A stretch of DNA of 52,002 nt, the filler included, from Catajapyx aquilonaris (taxonomy: Eukaryota): assembly GCA_000934665.2 (NCBI GenBank). It is 2 parts of 2 records of this genome, joined end to end, with 100 filler letters (N's around TTAATTAATTAA, not from the genome) between each part and the next. Parts side by side here need not be neighbours in the genome. Positions count along the whole stretch, not along the records: positions 26,053 to 52,002 come from JYFJ02005284.1; 1 more part is not named here. One strand, given 5' to 3'. Under the pieces are notes generated by a model. That model saw only the letters and a list, made by a program, of their open reading frames with translations, was not told the origin of the DNA and did not search any database. This document shows positions 37,001 through 50,415 of the stretch, one piece after another. The position numbers were made by a program, and so were the translations under genes. The stretch's first letter is position 1, and every line of letters begins with the position of its first letter.

Positions 37001-40000
37001 AGTCGCAATGACCATGGCATGTGACCGTATCTATTTGAAAGAGGTTTGGTCGGCTTCAAAATGTACGATGTCACGGTTGTGCTACCCCGCTTTTCCCCTA
37101 ATATCCCGTCATGTGACCCAGATCAGACCAATCAGAGCCTTTCCCCTCTTCCAAGTCTCCCTCAAGAGCTAGTCAGAAGCACGGAATCAATAGTAATCTT
37201 GAGAAGGGGGAGGGTGAGGGGGAGCCCAGCCCGGTGGAGCCTGTCCCCTGCCCCCTTCTCAAGATGGCTGCAACTAGCAGAAGGAACTCGGACCCAGAAG
37301 GAACCCACAACCCAGGAGCTCGGTCCACCTCCACCCCCTCTCCCTGACCGGTTTCCCTCCATCCGGCTGTTGACCCTCCTAACCCAGGCCAGGGGTGAGG
37401 CACTCTGGGTGAGGGGTGGAGTGGTGGTCGGGGGTGACAGGGCATCGACCTATACCGGGGACTCACATTCAAGCTTCTGGTTGTGCGACGTAGCACATGT
37501 GCAACATGCTTATAGTCGGAATGGCGTAAACGCCCAGTGCGATCTGTGTGGCCGACAGAAACATCGGTTGCGCGATCGAGGCTCATATCGTGAGGCCGTA
37601 AACACGCCTTTAGGGAAGGTTCATCCTACTACAGTACTGCTGTACACTGCAACCAACCAATATTATAATTTTCTTTGGCTCACGGATGTTAAAGTTGTAT
37701 GAGTGTCACCATAATGCTGTTATTACTTTATCACTTCTGATAACTAACCTGCTTCTTCAGTATGTTTGGAAGGCTCCTGCTTCACTTCCTCCTTTGTACC
37801 GTCAACTTCCATTTCTGATTCAGGTGTGACTTCTGCTTTATTATTTGTGAAGTCCATGTTCAGCTTTATCCCAAGCTTTTCAAAATATAAGGCACTCCCA
37901 ACTTTCATAGAGGTGATTCTCCTCTTCTCTATCTTGGAGAGATGAGATCCCAAGGCAGCCATCAACATCTTCTTGAAACCCTTTTCTTTCAGCTCTCCAG
38001 CCTGCATCTCCTGAACCAGACTTCTAACCCTATCACACAGGATACAACAAATAAGAAGGCTGCTTCTAAAGGGTCAGTTACTGGTGGTAGATATGATCTA
38101 CCGCCATCACCTGTAGCTAGTAGATGTGATGGTTTCGTGGCAAAGCATTGCACAAGGCAACAAGTGGTTAATAATCAATTCCAAAATCAAGGTGTTCATA
38201 GTTTATTACCTTTGAATTGCACATCCCACAGATCAAAAAACTGCTAGTTACACTTGTATGTGACCACAGCGTGACATGACAGAAGGATGGAAAGGTTTTT
38301 GGGATGGGGGCTGGGAATGGAGCAGAAGGGAAAGAGCAAGAATGTTCAGTTTGGGGATCACATTCAGCAGACACCAGAAAGGTCATGCCGGGCAATAGCT
38401 CACTGGAGGCATGCAAGGCTGACACTGACAGCTAAGATTCCCAGGTTCAAATAACGAAAAAAACCAAGTGTTTTGCTGCTGCTAGATTGCATCTACCAGG
38501 GTGAACCTCGCCTAGTGCTGACCGGCCTTTCAGACCTCGTCTTGCATGTCCCCCTGTACCCCTGCTCCCCTGACCAAGAAGTAGACTGCAATGCCACAGG
38601 CCTTAGTACAGCGGTTCTCAACCTTTGCCACATCAGGGTCCATATCTCCATCCCCCAAATCCAATAAGCCCCCCTTTTTTTGTTCGAGGTCACACAATCT
38701 TAGGTGAATGTAATAACTGACAAAGTACAGTGGAATCCTCCTATACTGTAAGCACATCGGATATAAGCAAGTAGAAAGATCGGTACCTTCATATTTCCAG
38801 CACTGTACAAGTGCAGTTGAATCCGGATATAACAGACTTGTCTTAATTGCATAGTGTAATATTTAAATTTAATATTGAGTGTCTGTTTCTGAGGTGGGTA
38901 GGGGTGGGGGGTGGGACGGGTTGTTTTTAGGTTTATTCTCATGAGTTTCATTAGTTCATATGTTGGGTTAGCTTGCGTCTCCCTTCATCGCTGACTACCC
39001 CTCATAGGGAAATGTGGTGATGTTGTTGTCTGCTATTATCTGACTGCACAAATCCTTATTCAGAACTGCACATTTGGCTTTTAGAATTGCACAAATTGTG
39101 TAGAACTGCACGCTACAGCAAGCCCTGAGTAGTTCTTACCTACTCAGTGCGACTTTTGTGCCTGTTTCGAGTCACATAATATTTGGATTCACCCCGCGCC
39201 ACCCCTTCGCATCCCACAGTTTGAGAACCGCTGCCTTAGTAAGTCCAACTTCCATTAAGATGGGTGGCACACACCAACAAAATATGCATGAGGTATGCGC
39301 CCACGGATATTAAGGTCCCGGGTTCGATCCCCACCCGGGGTTCCCACCTTTATCCGTACAGAGTTGGGCCATCTTTGGCTTCATTTCAGGTGGCAATTTC
39401 CAACAGACTAAGCCACCCAGGGGAGTTCACAAAATGACCAAGTTCAGACATTGCACATCCCCTCCTACTCATCCCCCCTTCGCTCGCGGTACCCGGGCGT
39501 TACGGAAAAGGACCACTTGTAAAGCTTGTACATCTGAAGCAAAATAAAGGTACCGTGCCAGATGCCCAATTAGGGCGGTGCACTAACCCAATTATTTATT
39601 AATTATTAATATGCATGAGGTATGGAAAAGAAAAAGGTGCAACAAATGACTTACAATTCAAGATTTATTCTAATGTAATCTTCGGAAAATCTTATTGCTC
39701 TCATACCATTCAGAAGTGAGCCAAATTTGGGCAAGTAATAGATGAGACATGTCTACATGGCTCTGGCTGGCTGCCTTTGCCTTTTACTGCCCCCTCCACT
39801 GCTTGATATCCGCTTCTTGGTAATTACTGAGGTGAAGAGACCTGACCAACGGATCACAGAGCCCCTCTGTGTGTTGGTGTCATGGCTATGGAGTGACCAG
39901 AACCAGTACCACCAATCGTGTGGGCCTGCCAGGAGCAATATTCATTGCATTGCCCAATGATTTGTTAGTTGCACATGCACAGTGAGTGGGGCACTTGTTG

Positions 40001-40901
40001 TGCCACATATCAACCATATTGACTTCCTGCAACACAAGACAGACAGGATTGCTACCCATTGCTACAGGATACACAACCCACAGTAAGTGTCCCGCTCATA
40101 TGCACTCACAACAAATCTTTGGGCAATGCAATGGACCATGCCTGGCAGGACCACTAGATGGACTGGTGGCAGTCACATCAACACCACACAGATAGCACCA
40201 ACACAAAGGGCTGCATCCATCACCTCCATGTCTCTGCCCGAGAATGCGAAAATTAAGTCCGTACTTTCCTTCCTTCCTTCCCAGCGCCACCTAGCGGGGA
40301 GTAGGCTTCCCAAACATATGGAGGACAAACATGCGCTAGTTGCGTCTGGGAAACTGTAAAGTACCTGAATTTTTAAAAACATGGTATATTACGCAGCAAA
40401 ATTTGCTCCACAACAATGCCACATTACCATGGATATCACTGAAAAAATCCACATTCAATTTGTGGTTGAAATATGGATTCTGCATTCATCAAGTCTTGAA
40501 TGACCACTTCTCTCTCTCTGTGAGTGCCTGCCTCAAACTGCCCCATGGCCTGCATTTGCTGTACTTCTTGCTTTTACTTATTCTATTAATCACAGCTGAG
40601 CTTCACCATTTTTAAACATTTGAAACTATGAAACTGCATGGGAGAAACCCCAGTTGTCACTACGATTCCCTTCATGGTGAAGCATATACAGACCACCATA
40701 TCATTAGTCACGGTCACGCCGGGTCACACGCAGGTCCCCCCCCCACCCTGAGTACTCTCCTGACCCCAAGTCATAATCGTACTTGTTCTGGGTGGCCCTG
40801 GGCAGATTGACGGTCGGCTCCACCTGCTCTTCCTCTTCCTCCTCCTCCGAGGCCGCCCCTCCTTGGCCCGAGCCCCCTGGCAGGCAGTCTTCCGGCGGCA
40901 T
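28051..40901 (-). CDS. DNMT1: DNA (cytosine-5)-methyltransferase 1, N-terminal 7 coding exons (~660 aa); 3' part not visible
   Basis: Exons 40783-40901, 37749-38029, 35552-35969, 34798-35161, 34352-34533, 30247-30717, 28051-28197 with consistent phases. Domains: DMAP1-binding-like N-terminus, PIP-box-like QATIKSHF, RFTS (CSLC..GHP..AVEEF, GPINEWWISGYDGGEKAL, TEDSLLRHSQF), CXXC (RCGIC..C...DCG.C.AC.DMVKF.G.GRSKQAC..RRCPN) and the start of BAH1. Confidence 0.95.
28340..28560 (-). pseudogene. hAT-type transposase C-terminal remnant in a DNMT1 intron
   Basis: PVTTWDIEMSFSVCKNVLSDRR resembles the hAT dimerisation motif P.TS.DVERSFS..K.IL.DRR. Confidence 0.65.
31738..32419. mobile_element. TIR element, CpG-rich, in a DNMT1 intron
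   Basis: caatggggaagtagcctt ... aaggctagttccccattg. Confidence 0.7.
33504..33830 (-). mobile_element. tRNA-derived SINE, family A copy 1
   Basis: Minus-strand head gggagacggagtggcgccgcggtaac and B-box ggttcgatccc. 17-bp TSD tcatggtgcaacatgtt at 33487 and 33831. Confidence 0.9.
33941..34277 (+). mobile_element. tRNA-derived SINE, family A copy 2
   Basis: Same head sequence as copy 1 and an (ATT)n tail. 15-bp TSD tacttatttgccagt at 33926 and 34278. Confidence 0.9.
36918..37609. mobile_element. PIF/Harbinger-like non-autonomous element
   Basis: tta|aggagtgtttacaccctcacgatatgagcctcgatcgc ... gcgatcgaggctcatatcgtgaggccgtaaacacgcct|tta; TTA TSD. Confidence 0.8.
38609..39233. mobile_element. hAT MITE with perfect 8-bp TSD
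   Basis: ccttagta|cagcggttctcaa ... ttgagaaccgctg|ccttagta. Confidence 0.88.
39298..39607 (+). mobile_element. 5'-truncated SINE, family A copy 3
   Basis: cgcccacggat.ttaaggtcccgggttcgatccc matches copies 1 and 2. 17-bp TSD aatatgcatgaggtatg at 39281 and 39608. Confidence 0.88.
39850..40220. repeat. Old degenerate inverted repeat (probable MITE relic)
   Basis: cctgccagg..cattgcattgccca..gatttgtt pairs with aacaaatc..tgggcaatgcaatg..cctggcagg. Confidence 0.6.
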
Positions 40902-43656
40902 GGTCTCCTCCTCCTTCAGACAAAGGACCAGCACCAACTCCGCGAGCTCTATCCCGCTTAACACCGATCCGGGTAGGGACCAACCAAGAGCAGCGTGCTC
41001 GGGGCCACTACCCGGCTGCACAAAGGAAAATGGAGGGAAAAGACCCGCAACTACCACAACACCCGTCCGACTCCGCCACCGGTGCGGGAAGCAAAGAAGG
41101 CCTGAAAAAGGAACCCGTCGGGTTTGAGCGGGAAAAATTCCGTTACTCGGGACACCCTGTCGGCCGATCTCCGTACTAATCCACCTGGGGCAGGGTTGCC
41201 AGTTGGCGAACCGCCATTTTCAAACCTGAACCCCCCCTCGCAAAGTGCATTTCAGGCACAAAATGATAAGTCGCACATACATTTGTACCATTTTTTATTA
41301 GATATATACTCAGTGGTGTGCATGAGCTATTTTAAAAAATGGGCACGTTGCACAATTATTTGTAAAACCTGCACATCTAGAAAAGAAAGGAGGAAATACT
41401 CGTATCACAATAAACAGAGCAGTTTTAAGAACACTTGCTGCTTGTCGCCCCCTACATTCTTATGGCTAACAATAATTTGCATACATGGACAGTTAAGTAC
41501 AATCTTTCTGGCCACATGGGAAATGGGGGGGACTTGGTCTTGAGACGACTTTCACTAGACAAGTGTAATGTGACATCACTTTGCAGATCATCTATTCACT
41601 GAGTGACTATTCAACTTCCCCACCACCAACATTGTAATAGCAACGTGAGGAAAAATACTGTACAACATCGCGACTCAATTGCCAATAACATTTCTGGACA
41701 CATTTTTTTACTTGGTTAAAAATCCTCTTTTGGAGTGGTCCCATGCAAAAAAAATCAATGGCACTATTTAATTACATTTTTGATTGCCGCATATTGAAGA
41801 AGTCGTTGCTGTTAAGAGCACTTGACACGAGATTATGGCTGCTGAGTCACTAATGCAGAGTCTCATTAGTTTGCAGGGTTAGTAATGCAATAATATTGCC
41901 AGACAAGGGGTACTGGAATGGGAGGGCCTCGTTTTATATGCATTTTCTCCTACCAGTACCGGTACCTTGTAAAATACATTATTGTACCAATCAAGAGTAT
42001 CTTGCTATTAGAATCACAAACCTTTCAGGGTTTAATTGTCAACAAATTATTTTTGATTGGTTAGCTGTGCATTAATACTATGAAGGGAAACATGAAACAG
42101 TGATGCATAATAAACTATATTCATAGAGCATATACTGGAGTTTAAGAGCAATTAGACAATAACATTTGAGGACAACTCATTGAATTAAAAATATGGAAGA
42201 CATATGAAGAAAATAATCTAAACTTTTTAAAAGGCGAGATACTGAAACTGCACAATTATTATTGCTGCCTTACAAAAACAAAACATACTCAATATAACCT
42301 GCTGCTGATAACGATAAATTCATTTCAATATTGCAAACTCAATACTACAGTAGGTTGCTATCATGGCTTTAGTTTTTTAAAACTCTGAGTTGCCAAAGAA
42401 CATAAAAAATATATATGTATATACTTCCAATAATAAAATTGACCAAGATGGCTTCCCACAGCTGCCTTCAAACACAACCACTATGCTTATTTGGATGGAA
42501 TAGTTTTCAAATGCCACTACCACACACGCACAAGTGTGATTCTGCAGTAGTTTTTTACCAGCTCACAAAATTACCGGATGTGGTTGCGGTTGTGAGTTGG
42601 CCAAAAGGACGCAAAACTTGCACACTTCAGCTGCAAGGATTGAAAAAAAATTCACAGGTAATATTTACAAACTTCAAGTGCTTCTGCATGCATGTTATTG
42701 CTACAAATGTGCAAGCCTTGTGTTAGGTTGGGTGAGGCATGCAAAATTTCTGTTAGTCACATGTACTCACTATCGATTGGCAGCCATAGTTGCTGGAATG
42801 GAATATCCTGGCAGCGTGCAAAAAGGAGGAAGAAGTTTTCATACCTGAGCTCTCACTCACACTTGATTCCAATATTTGTGCACAACCACCGACTAGTATT
42901 TTGCATTTTTTTAAAAAAAAGGCAATTGTCCTGGAGATCACAACTCACATTAATTGCACATACACCAGTTGAAAAAATCAGAAGACACCCATACATATCG
43001 TCCAATAGTGAGCAGAATAATGGTGACGCAGGCTCAGAGTAACATCATTTTAAAAACTTACATATCAATGACGCTTGCTAGTCCGGACAGACAAAAATTG
43101 TGTAACATTACCAAATCACCACGTATCACTTCATATGGAAAACAAAATGTATGTGATGTATGATAATCAATTCACAAAATGCTCATGAATATTTTTCCAT
43201 TGCATTCTAATCGACTCAGAAAAGCTTAACAAAGAAACACGACTTCGCTAGCTACTAACTAGAATATTTAGCAATAAGGCCTCAACAAATTTTGTTCCGG
43301 GACCTTGCCAGTAATGGCTCATGTTACCGGAACCATTTTTTAAAAACTGCACAGCTCTACTGCTTACTTACAAAACTGAGCTTTCAAGAATGGAACCTAA
43401 GTTGAAAAAATTTCCATAAAAAGGATTTGCTGTACCTGCGTCACACACAAAATGCCACCAACACAGGTGAAGAATAAATGACCACAACCAAATTCTAGCA
43501 CCAAGAAAACCCACGACTCCACTCACTGTCAGTGATATAAATTACAAAAATAGTTTTAAGACCTGGCCCACCCAAATGGTTCTCACCCAAAAGCAAAGAA
43601 GGCGAGCAAACACGTCATTGAAAATATGTGCAACTATATCCATGATAGTGTCCCTT

Positions 43657-43938
43657 CTAGTCGAAGCCAAAATTGGGCATATAGCACCAAGACCGCCATG
43701 GACACTTGCCTTTGGGCTTATACTTGAGGTGCTCTTCCACGTACTGGCAGGGGCAATAGGCAGAGATGCAGTGGCGGGGGGGTGCTCTCACCCTCCCTCT
43801 TCCCTCTCCCCCGCCCTGTCCCCCACTGCCTCCTCCCTCCCCCCCACTCCGAGCGTCCACCTGCAGGCTCAGGTGCTTCCGAGCAAATGCCTTGGCCCAA
43901 CGCTGCAGGTAGCGGAGAAGCAGCAGCTCCGCTCGAGC
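43657..43938 (-). CDS. TMEM268: TMEM268-like alternative terminal exon B (distal), 93 aa + stop
   Basis: Phase-0 acceptor tttcattag|; ARAELLLLRYLQRWAKAFARK...PRHCISAYCPCQYVEEHLKYKP...FD*, paralogous to exon A. Confidence 0.8.
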   Translation of the reverse strand, partial: ARAELLLLRYLQRWAKAFARKHLSLQVDARSGGEGGGSGGQGGGEGRGRVRAPPRHCISAYCPCQYVEEHLKYKPKGKCPWRSWCYMPNFGFD

Positions 43939-44585
43939 CTAATGAAATGATTGAAAAATTCAGAAGAAAAGATAGCCTTCTAAGCCCACAGCTACTGTGC
44001 ACATGCAACTATATAACCACATACCAAAGTCAGGGTTGGAGTACTAAGACAATGAACACATATAGAATATCAGTCACCTAGAGCTCCAAGGATCATGGTA
44101 GTGTTACTGGGCAAAACAGAAGCAGAGGAGGACAAGTTAACTGGAATGTAATAACCTTTTGTTTTCAGGAAAATTCAAACGGCTTGGTTCTATAAAACTG
44201 ATGCCAAATTACTGGATGAGTTACAAAACCTTGACAGCAACTCCTCTCAGAATTACACAGGAATGAACTTTTCCCACAGCAACAAGACTTTCACATGGAT
44301 GTTTCCTTGGACATCACGTCAAAATGTTCCATTTGCCTATATCACTACAAGCCCTGACTTTGGTTGTGAAATGCAAGCAAGAAGCCAAAATGTGCTCTCA
44401 GGATCAGAAATGGGTTATTCTAAAATGCATGCAGAAACACTTGGAAATGCGATGAGACATCACTCAGGAGAAAGCCACCCTGCAAAAAATTCCTTAAAGC
44501 TAAACACGGGAGACAGATTTTGCTTTACAAATGACATCCCCCCCACTTCTTAGTAAACACTACACATTTTTTGTGCAATTTTCTC

Positions 44586-47500
44586 TTAGGCATCTCCAGT
44601 CCATCGATCACACCATGGGCAAAAGGAGCGCGGATCCCTGCGAGGCTTGTTGTACAGGTACTCCTCAATGTATTGGCATGGACAGAGTGCAGAGTGCAGA
44701 TGCCTTGGGTTGGGTGCATTGGCCCCTCCTGCCCCACCCCTCCCTCCTCCTTCAATTCCCATGACACTGGGCTCTTCCACCATCCAATCCAGCCTGCGCC
44801 GCAAAAAGTCCTTGGCCCATCGCTGAAGGTAGCGCAGGAGGAGGCTCTCGGCCTGTTGCTTTATGAAAACAATAGGCCGGGATATTGCTTGGTGGGTTTA
44901 AGATCTATACCCGTCAATTTCTCTTGCAACATTTCTAATGTGAAAGGAAGCTTTTGATACCACTTTTTCTATTTCTTCATTAAAACCAATCAGTCTATTA
45001 ACAGCCCACAATTAGATTGCTCAATTCTCTCATTTCAAATAACAATAATCTGGCACTAACTCAAGTGTGAAATATGCAGCAGAGAAAAGTATCAAAACAC
45101 TTCACCTCACATTCTGGTATAATTTTTGTACCTTAAATCATCTTATACTGTACTTGCAAATCAGTTGCAGAAAAATTATGCAGTAAAGAATAGATATGAA
45201 ATTTAGCATGAACAAGGCACATTAAAAAACTCAACATTTAAAAACTCGACCCTGGAACACCTGTCATGCTTGCCATGCCCTCACTTAAAGTGCATAGCAA
45301 GTGAGCAAGCAAAAATAACTGGTCCATGCAAAAGCTACAGGGAGTGATACCATTTTGATGCCATTATGCTGCTTTGTTGGAACATTCAATATAGCCCATG
45401 CTCCTGATAAATAGTCTACTTATGACAAGCAACTTCCAAATTCAGTCAATCAGAGTATGTTAGAAGTTCTATTTGATGAAAAATGAAACTATGTATCCTA
45501 CAGTTGACTCCGGTTATAACAGCTTCAGCCATACTAGATTCTTAGATGTAGTAGCCTCTAAAGGCTGGCCCTGCCATACTTTCATATATGGTCTGTGTAT
45601 TTGGCTATAATAGACTTCGGTTAGAGAAGACTTATTTCCGCAGTTCCTTCAAGTCTCTTATATCCCGAGTCTACTGTATCTAGATTCTGCGACAGTATTT
45701 TGCAAGGACAAACTTCATGACCCTTCATGTAGTTCCTGACTTGCTGCCCTTTTTATTTGAGGGTCCTAATTAAATATGTATGCACTACTGTAGCAAACAT
45801 TTGGCAAAGGTAATTCTCATTTTAAAATAATTACTTTTTAACATAAAATGTTTATCAAATTTTTAGTTATATCATAACTTCTGGAGTCACTGAAAAATTC
45901 TGAATAGTCATTTGTAATAGTCAGCAAATTTTCAGTGACAAAATTTAGTCAAATATAAAAGCACATTTACATAAATTAGATCAAGTGCTACAATGAGCAG
46001 GTTCAGTTCAACGATACTTTCCAAAGATGCAATCTAGAAATGTAATAATAATTACCTAAATTTGCAAGTTGCTGATCTGTTTATTACGATTATTGTTATA
46101 CTGTATGGTCATTCACAACCTTATAGGGGCCGTGCAGACGGGCCAAGCCCAGCCGCGGCCGCGACGGTTCATACCTGGCAAGCCACGGCCAGGCCACGGC
46201 TTACAACGTAGGCCAACTTCCTGGAAGTTGGCCAGGGCCGCGGCCAAGGCCGGCCGTCTGCACGGCCCCTTCCAGGTGATCGGTAAATCAAGCTTCAGGT
46301 ACCGAGATTCCTTGTGAAAAACCAGTATAAGGAAGTGAAGGTCCTATAGCTCTACGATGCCTGGTTAGGGCTCACGAGGTCTCCAAAGTTTGGGCCCAAT
46401 CCTGACGTCACATCCGCCCACGAAATTCAAACATTACCGTATCGCTACTGTACGCGGTTTGTTGCCAGGCGTTGACATGTTGACATCCCCTACATCTGTA
46501 CCAAACAATGGAACCATATAAACTGGCGGGGACATTGCCAGGCACGCGCCGACGGTATGGCAACGTCCCTGCAAGTTTATATGGTTCCATTGTTTAGTGA
46601 AAATGTAGGGGATGTCAACATGGCAACAAACCGCGTACAGTAGTGATACGGTAATGTTTGAATTTCGTGGGCAGATGTGACATCATGGAGACCTCATGAG
46701 CCATAACCAGGCATAATAGAGCAATAGGACCTTCACTTCTATATACTGGTTTTTCACAAGGAATCTCACTACCTGAAGCTTGTGCACCATTTACTGACCA
46801 CCCTGTATATCTAAGTTATGTATTATCGACCAAATTTTATCATTGCCATTTTCACTTGTACTTCTCAAGGGAAAGGGGCCTGAATAAAATTGGGCAGATA
46901 GTACCCATAGCTTAACTGGATGTACCCCTACATGCAAAATTTAAACAACTTTTTAATCACCTAATGGAAAATTAATCTCTTGCATAGTAATAACTGGTAA
47001 TGAATTATGTCACACCCTGTACACCAAAGAACTAGCTTACCTGTTTCCGGGACAATCTAGTGTTGGTACTTCCAGTGATGATGATGTCATGATCCTCAAT
47101 GTCCATTCTCTGTTGGAATTGGTCCCTTCGCCTAAGCTCTTCAGCTGAGGTCTGCTCATTCGGACGTCCTGACAGTTCCTCATTCTCAATCACCTCATGC
47201 AGCTTTTTCTGTAACCCCAAGTGGTCTCTAAGTAACACATCCTTCCAATATTCATGGCATTGATACATCAAATGATTTAAAATGGCATCATTGCCAGGTA
47301 TTTCAATATACTGTATAAAATCATCATTAAATGTCCACATATCTGAAATTATTTTCTGCTTGATACTGCTGCATCACTAATTGCAATAGCATAACCAAAT
47401 TATTGGCTCTCAGGTGATTCTTCAATGACAGGAAATTGCAGTTGAACAACCAACCAACTTTTCATTTTTGTCAGATCAGTCATCTGTCATAAGAACATAA

Positions 47501-49414
47501 TACTATGTACCAGCACGTCAAATAATTGGGGATAACTCACAATACATTCCGTGGTATCAAAATAGATGAAGCACAGGTTGACCTTGTGGCAAGAAAGCTT
47601 CCCCCTGTCATCCAGTCCCAATATAATTTTGTGCTTGAGCAGGTGCCTGTTGACTCGGGCCATACACTTCTCAAGATTCTTGTTCAGCTTGATCTTGACC
47701 CACATGCAGAAGAAAATGGCTCCAGCATTGAGTACCAACCACATCACCCCAAGGCCAAAGAGCGTTAGTCCTGTGATTCCTGAGAAAAGCAACGCCAGAA
47801 GGACCACAAAAGCCACAAATATCCATGAAATAAGGATGCGCTTGTAGCAGATGTTGTAGGCATTGAACCGGACATCATTAGTCAGCATTTCCATGGCATG
47901 AACAAACTCTTCCACTGTAAGCTAAAAGGAACAATTTTACATTATCAGTACTAATACAATCAATCGAGTTCATAATAACATCATTTAAAAATTTAAATTC
48001 CCAGTGGACAACACAAATCTTTTACAATAAACAATTGAGGAAATGAGGAGGAATTTCTCCTCCAATAATAGGTGCACAGATTGTACACTGAAAGACTTTA
48101 TCCCATGCCCCTATTTCAATTTACAAAGCAGAAGTACTTACAGTGAGTCCCTGTGCCATCAGCTCTTCGGGGACCAGTTCAGGTCGAAACTGAGCAGGTG
48201 TTACCCAAGGCCATCGGGTGTTAACAGGCAGGAGTGTGACAATCACATCACCATTAGCTGCAAAGAAGTGTAACTATTTGTAGTTCGCTTTATAAACTGC
48301 CACACCTAATAAAGTAGCTGCACAATAACTCTCGAACTGTCAACAGGTTTTTAAATGTAAAATTCCATGTCCTCTCCAATTCTACCAAACCCATATATTG
48401 ATCAGGAGGAGCAGGAATAGAGTAACTGACTGGAGGGAGAAGAACTAAGGGTAGAGATGACTGACAGTTCCAGAGTTATCATAAAGCTACAGCAGATGCG
48501 GATGAAATTGAGCAAGATTCACATGACCAAATTGTTATTGTTGTATTTTACTTTGAGCATGCCCCAAAACTTATGTTCCCCATATACATACACATCATTT
48601 CATGTGCGCCTAGTATAATATCCTTCAAGTCCTGTCTGGTATGAATTTTTAAGAACTTGTTTACTGACTTGTCCAATCATGTCAAAGTGATCTACCTACC
48701 ATTCAAGAACTGGATAAACTGTACATATCAAAGGAAGATGTTGTGAACAGTGGTCAGTATCTTTCAAAAGCAGGTCATCTTCAATCAATATCTGAACTTT
48801 CCCAAATATGGAATTAAAAACATTACTATCTCAGCAATGACGGAATGTATCCCCCCCCCCCTCTCCACCAAAATAATCTGTCACCTGACTGGTTCTATTC
48901 CCTTCCTTTGTATGTACTCTGACAATAATTGTCCAATGCGAGACAAATAAAATCCAGTACCAAATCCCTGCCGGATGACATCATTTCCGTGTCCTCCAGA
49001 TGCCACATTGAGCCTCCCATTTATCCTCTCACTGAGGTCAACGTTGTGCAAGTTGTGGACACCAAGGGGGTTAGTGGCTCCCATGCTGATGCGGGTGTCC
49101 TGTGAAGCGGAAGTGGGTGCCACTGCAGCTGCAGCAGAGGTTGCTGGAGCAGAGGGAGGGTTAGCCCCAGCATTAGCAGCATGTTGGGGTGATGGGCGGT
49201 CCAAGGGTGGGGAGGGTCTGTTGCTCTTGGTCCTGTCCAGGGACACATGGACAGTCTCAGCTTCTATAACTGCTCCACTGTACTCTGCCTTCGCAGGACC
49301 ATTGTTTTCTGCAAAGTCTGGTTCTGGATCCCCATTGTTGGCACTCTCATCAAACTTGACCCACGTCTTCTTTCCAGCTTCCTCCTGCTTTGGGCTTGAA
49401 GCCACTTCAGCCAT
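44586..49414 (-). CDS. TMEM268: Transmembrane protein 268-like (DUF4481 family), isoform using terminal exon A, ~461-463 aa
   Basis: Exons 48961-49414, 48142-48257, 47541-47921, 47041-47208 and 44586-44852 (or -44858). Motifs WVKFDE, VTLLPVN..WPWVTPAQFRPELVPEELMAQGLTLTVEE, two TM helices, VNRHLLKHKIILGLDDRGKLSCHKVNLCFIYFD and LLRY..RWAK...CPCQYIEE. A 5' UTR acceptor at ~49427 implies a promoter further right (CpG-rich 51300-52002). Confidence 0.82.
46125..46270. mobile_element. Short GC-rich Harbinger-like MITE
   Basis: aggggccgtgcagacgg ... ccgtctgcacggcccct. Confidence 0.75.
46272..46805. mobile_element. Tc1/mariner-type foldback MITE (~260-bp arms)
   Basis: Arms pair from aagcttcaggta..gagattccttgtgaaaaaccagtata inward; the right end is accaccctg|ta. 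Confidence 0.82.
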
Positions 49415-50415
49415 TGTGGCCAGGGGTCTACAAGAGAGTTATGCATATTACAAGGAATGTGGGTTGATGCATTTTTCCTGGTGTTATCTGAACTCATGCC
49501 AAGAGTGTTGTGTAACATGTCACAAGTTTGCATTCCTGTGTGTCTTTTGCAATGACACTTGATGAATAACTTCCACATCATACAAGTGATTACAATTCCA
49601 CACTGAAAAAATATTATTTCAATGTATTTACTAAGTCATTCTCCAATGAAAAAAGTTATATCTAAATTACATCTCACTGAGCAGATAAGGTCTCTCTCAT
49701 TACATAAGCATAAGAAACTGAATGGAAATCAATTGAGAGTCAATTGGCCACAGGCTAATGACCTGCCTTATCTTCTCTTATCTACACCACTCATGTCCCA
49801 CAGATGAAAGGCACACGACTTTCTCTTGTCAAACATGACAGATAAGGTTGTCATTTGGAGGCCAAACAAATGACCATAATTAACCAGATGGAATTTTAAC
49901 ATATTTTACAAAGAACACCTTGCTACTAATGTATGGAAAACAAGATATTGATCTGATGGCATCGTTTCTTACATTGTTGCTTTTTGTTGACACTGTTTAC
50001 TCATATTGTTCTGTGAGAATATTTCCATGGAAACTGTGATGACGTTATAGGTGGAGTACTGTCATTTGGATCTGGCAATTACACAATAAATCAGATGTAT
50101 CCTCTGGTATGATCTTCACACATTACTGCAAGGTACTGTACTTCAGATTCACTACATCTTGCAAATGAAGGTCCTAAGCCAAAAATAGTACCTACTGGAT
50201 GGTGGCTTTGCAATTTTTTTGAGGGAATTCCCCTCTGAGGCTGTTCTGCACCAGGATGGGCCCTCAAAATGTGCATATCATCTCACTGAGCACATAATTT
50301 GGCAAATTGTGAATTCAATTCAATAATAATCAACAGAAGCTTGTTCAAAATGCAATATTTTCTTTATTTGTCACTCAACAAATTAAGCAATGCACCAGAG
50401 CAGTTCACTAACCAT

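Noticed and set aside
37046..37702. 218-aa ORF on the + strand
   Set aside because: It lies mostly inside a GC-rich TIR element antisense to a DNMT1 intron, has a non-ATG start and shows no recognisable motif.
48975..49562. Long + strand ORFs here and at 16417-17278, 30417-30738, 40783-41127, 43576-44957 and 47526-47847
   Set aside because: Antisense shadows of real minus-strand exons.
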